A stretch of DNA of 64,000 nucleotides. Origin: the human T2T-CHM13v2.0 reference genome, Homo sapiens. A program made the translations under genes and the position numbers. The notes under the pieces are model-generated. The model saw only the letters and a list, made by a program, of their open reading frames with translations, did no database searches and was not told the origin of the DNA. Location of the stretch: NCBI RefSeq assembly GCF_009914755.1, contig NC_060938.1; one strand, given 5' to 3'. Shown here in pieces: positions 61,601 to 64,000 of this stretch. Position 1 is the first letter of the stretch, and each line of letters opens with the position of its first letter.

Positions 61601-62730
61601 GTTCCATTGCTGGTGAGGAGCTGTGTTCCTTTGGAGGAGGAGAGGCACTCTTATTTTTAGAATTTTCAGTTTTTCTGCTCTGTTTTTTCCCCATCTTTGT
61701 GGTTTTATCTACCTTTTGTCTTTGATGATGGTGATGTACAGATGGGGTTTTGGTGTGGATGTCCTTTTTCTTTGTTGGTTTTCCTCCTAACAGTCAGGAC
61801 CCTCAGCTGCAGGTCTGTTGGAGTTTGCTAGAGGTCCAATCCAGACCCTGTTTGCCTTGGTATCAGCAGCAGAGGCTGCAGAACGGCGGATATTGGTGAA
61901 CAGCAAATGTTGCTGCCTGATCGCCCCTCCGGAAGTTTTGTCTCAGAGGAGTACCTGACTGTGTGAGGTGTCAGTCTGCCCCTACTAGGGGGTGCCTCCC
62001 AGTTAGGCTACTCAGGGGTCAGGGACCCACTTGAGGAGGTAGTCTGTCTGTTCTCAGATCTCCAGCTGCGTCCTGGGAGAACCACTACTCTCTTCAAAGC
62101 TGTCAGACAGGGACATTTAAGTCTGCAGAGTTTTCTGCTGCCTTTTGTTTGGCTATGCCCTGCCCCCAGAGGTGGAGTCTACAGAGGCAGGTAGGCCTCC
62201 TTGAGCTGCGGTGGGGTCCATCCAGATCGAGCTTCCTGGCTGCTTTGTTTACCTACTCAAGCCTCAGCAATGGCGGTCGCCCCTCCCCTAGCCTTGCTGC
62301 TGCCTTGCAGTTTGATCTCAGACTGCTGTGCTAGTAATGAGTGAGGCTCCATGGGCATAGGACCCTCCAAGCCAGGCACAGGATATAATCTCCTGGTGTG
62401 CCATTTGCTAAGACCATTGGAAAAGTGCAGTATTAGGGTGGGAGTGACCCGATTTTCCAGGTGCCGTCTGTCACCCCTTTCCTTGGCTAGGAAAAGGAAT
62501 TCCCTGAGCCCTTGCATTTCCTGGGTGAGGCGATGCCTTGCCCTGCTTCAGCTCATGCTTGGTGCACTGCACCCACTGTCCTGCACCCACTGTCCGACAC
62601 TCCCCGGTGAGATGAACCTGGTACCTCAGTTGGGAATGCAGAAATCACCTGTCTTCTGCATTGCTCACACTGGGAGCTGTAGACTGGAGCTGTTCCTATT
62701 CGGCCATCTTGGCTCCACCTCCGCAAGCAA
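58698..62730 (-). mobile_element. L1PA4/5-like element with both ends intact and about 2.1 kb of ORF2 deleted
   Basis: 5' ggaggtggagccaagatggccg at about 62722; 3' UTR and poly(A) at about 58700; TSD tccagctttg[c/t]tcttttt at 58680-58697 and 62731-62748; deletion junction at 59648-59649. Confidence 0.95.
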
Positions 62731-62945
62731 TCCAGCTTTGTTCTTTTTGCTCAGGATTGCTTTGGCTATTCAGGATCTTTAATGGTTCCATATAAATTTT
62801 AGGATTTTTTTCTATACCTGTGAAGAATGTCATTGACATTTTGATAGGAATTGCATGGAATTCATATATAGGGATCGCTTCGGGTAATATGGTTATTTTT
62901 CACAATATTAATTCTTCTGATTCCTGAGCATGAGATGTCTTTTCA

Positions 62946-64000
62946 TTTTATTTTATTTTATTTTTATTTTTCCATAAGTTATTGGGGTACTGGTGGTATT
63001 TGGTTACATGAGTAAGTTCTGTAGTGGTGATTTGTGAGATTCTGGTGCACTCATCACCTGAGCAGTATACACTGCACCATATTTGTAGTGTTTTATCCCT
63101 TGCCCTCCTCTCACTTTTCCTCCAAAGTCCCCAGAGTCCATTGTATCATTCTTATACCTTTGCATCCTCATAGCTTAGCTCCTGCATATCAGTGAGAACA
63201 TACAATGTTTGGTTTTCCATTCCTGAATCACTTCACTTAGAATAATAGTCTCCAATCTCATCCAGGTCACTGTGAATGCCATTAATTAGTTCCTTTTTAT
63301 GGCTAAGTAGTATTCCATTGTATAAATATACCAGTTTCTTTATCCTCTTGTTGATTGATGGGCATTTGGGTTGGTTCCACGATTTTGCAATTGTGAGTTG
63401 TGCTGCTATAAACATGCGTGTGCAAGCTTGTTTCTCGTATAATGACTTCTTTTCCTCTGGGTAGATACCCAGTAGTGGGATTCCTGGATCAAATGACAGT
63501 TCTACTTTTAGTTCTTTAAGGAATCTCCACACTGTTTTCCATAGTGGTTGTAGAAGTTTACATTTCCACCGGCTTTGTAGAAGTGTTGCCTGTTCATCAC
63601 ATCTATGCCTACATCTACTGTTTTTTGATTTTTTGATTATTGCCATTCTTGCAGGAGTAAGGTGGTATTGCCTTGTGGTTTTGATTTGTATTTCCTTGAT
63701 CATTAGTGAAGTTGAACATTTTTTCATGTTTGTTGGCCATTTGTAAATTTTCTTTTGAGAATTGTCTATTCATGTGCTTAGCCCACTTTTTGATGGGATT
63801 TTTTTTTTCTTACTGATGTGTTTGAGTTCATTGTAGATTCTGGATATTAGTCCTTTGTCAGATATATAGATTGTGAAGATTTTCTCTGACTCTATGCGTT
63901 GTCTGTTCACTCTGCTGATGGTTCCTTTTGCCCTGCAGAAGCTCTTTAGTTTAATTAAGCCCCAACTATTTATCTTTGTTTTTATTGCATTTGCTTTTGG
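62946..64000 (-). mobile_element. L1PB1-like 3' end, continuing past the window edge
   Basis: ataagttattggggtactggtggtatttggttacatgagtaagttc; ORF 63233-63727 is the ORF2 C-terminus. Confidence 0.88.

Overview
Primate, almost certainly human, genomic DNA from the haematopoietic serine-protease (chymase) locus. The only intact protein-coding gene I can support is cathepsin G (CTSG): minus strand, 5 coding exons between 51110 and 48524, 768 nt, 255 aa, with canonical GT-AG junctions and an intact His64/Asp108/Ser201 triad. From general knowledge of the locus, CMA1 should lie to the left and GZMH/GZMB to the right, outside this window. Most of the remaining sequence is nested transposable elements: a full-length dead L1PA3/4 (841-6985), an RT-deleted L1PA4/5 (58698-62730), older L1PA/L1PB/L1MA copies, a MER11 solo LTR, complete THE1 and MST MaLR proviruses, a fossil ERV-L pol with a readable YMDD motif, MLT1/MLT2/MER4-type LTRs, MER53 and MER5A DNA elements, and Alus including a five-diagnostic AluYa5. 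Nearly all ORFs in the supplied track are repeat-derived or spurious. I found no evidence of a wholly new gene system. The best leads are: (1) an L1 fragment with poly(T) and poly(A) at opposite ends that shares a tract of rare variants with the L1 about 20 kb away, suggesting gene conversion; (2) a 12-bp deletion in the ZNF93-target segment of the full-length L1; (3) two non-repetitive motif clusters that look like mast-cell and myeloid enhancers; (4) a duplicated CTSG poly(A) unit abutting an LTR; (5) a fold-back LTR insert inside an MST internal region. Repeat subfamily names are from memory of consensus sequences and need RepeatMasker/Dfam confirmation.
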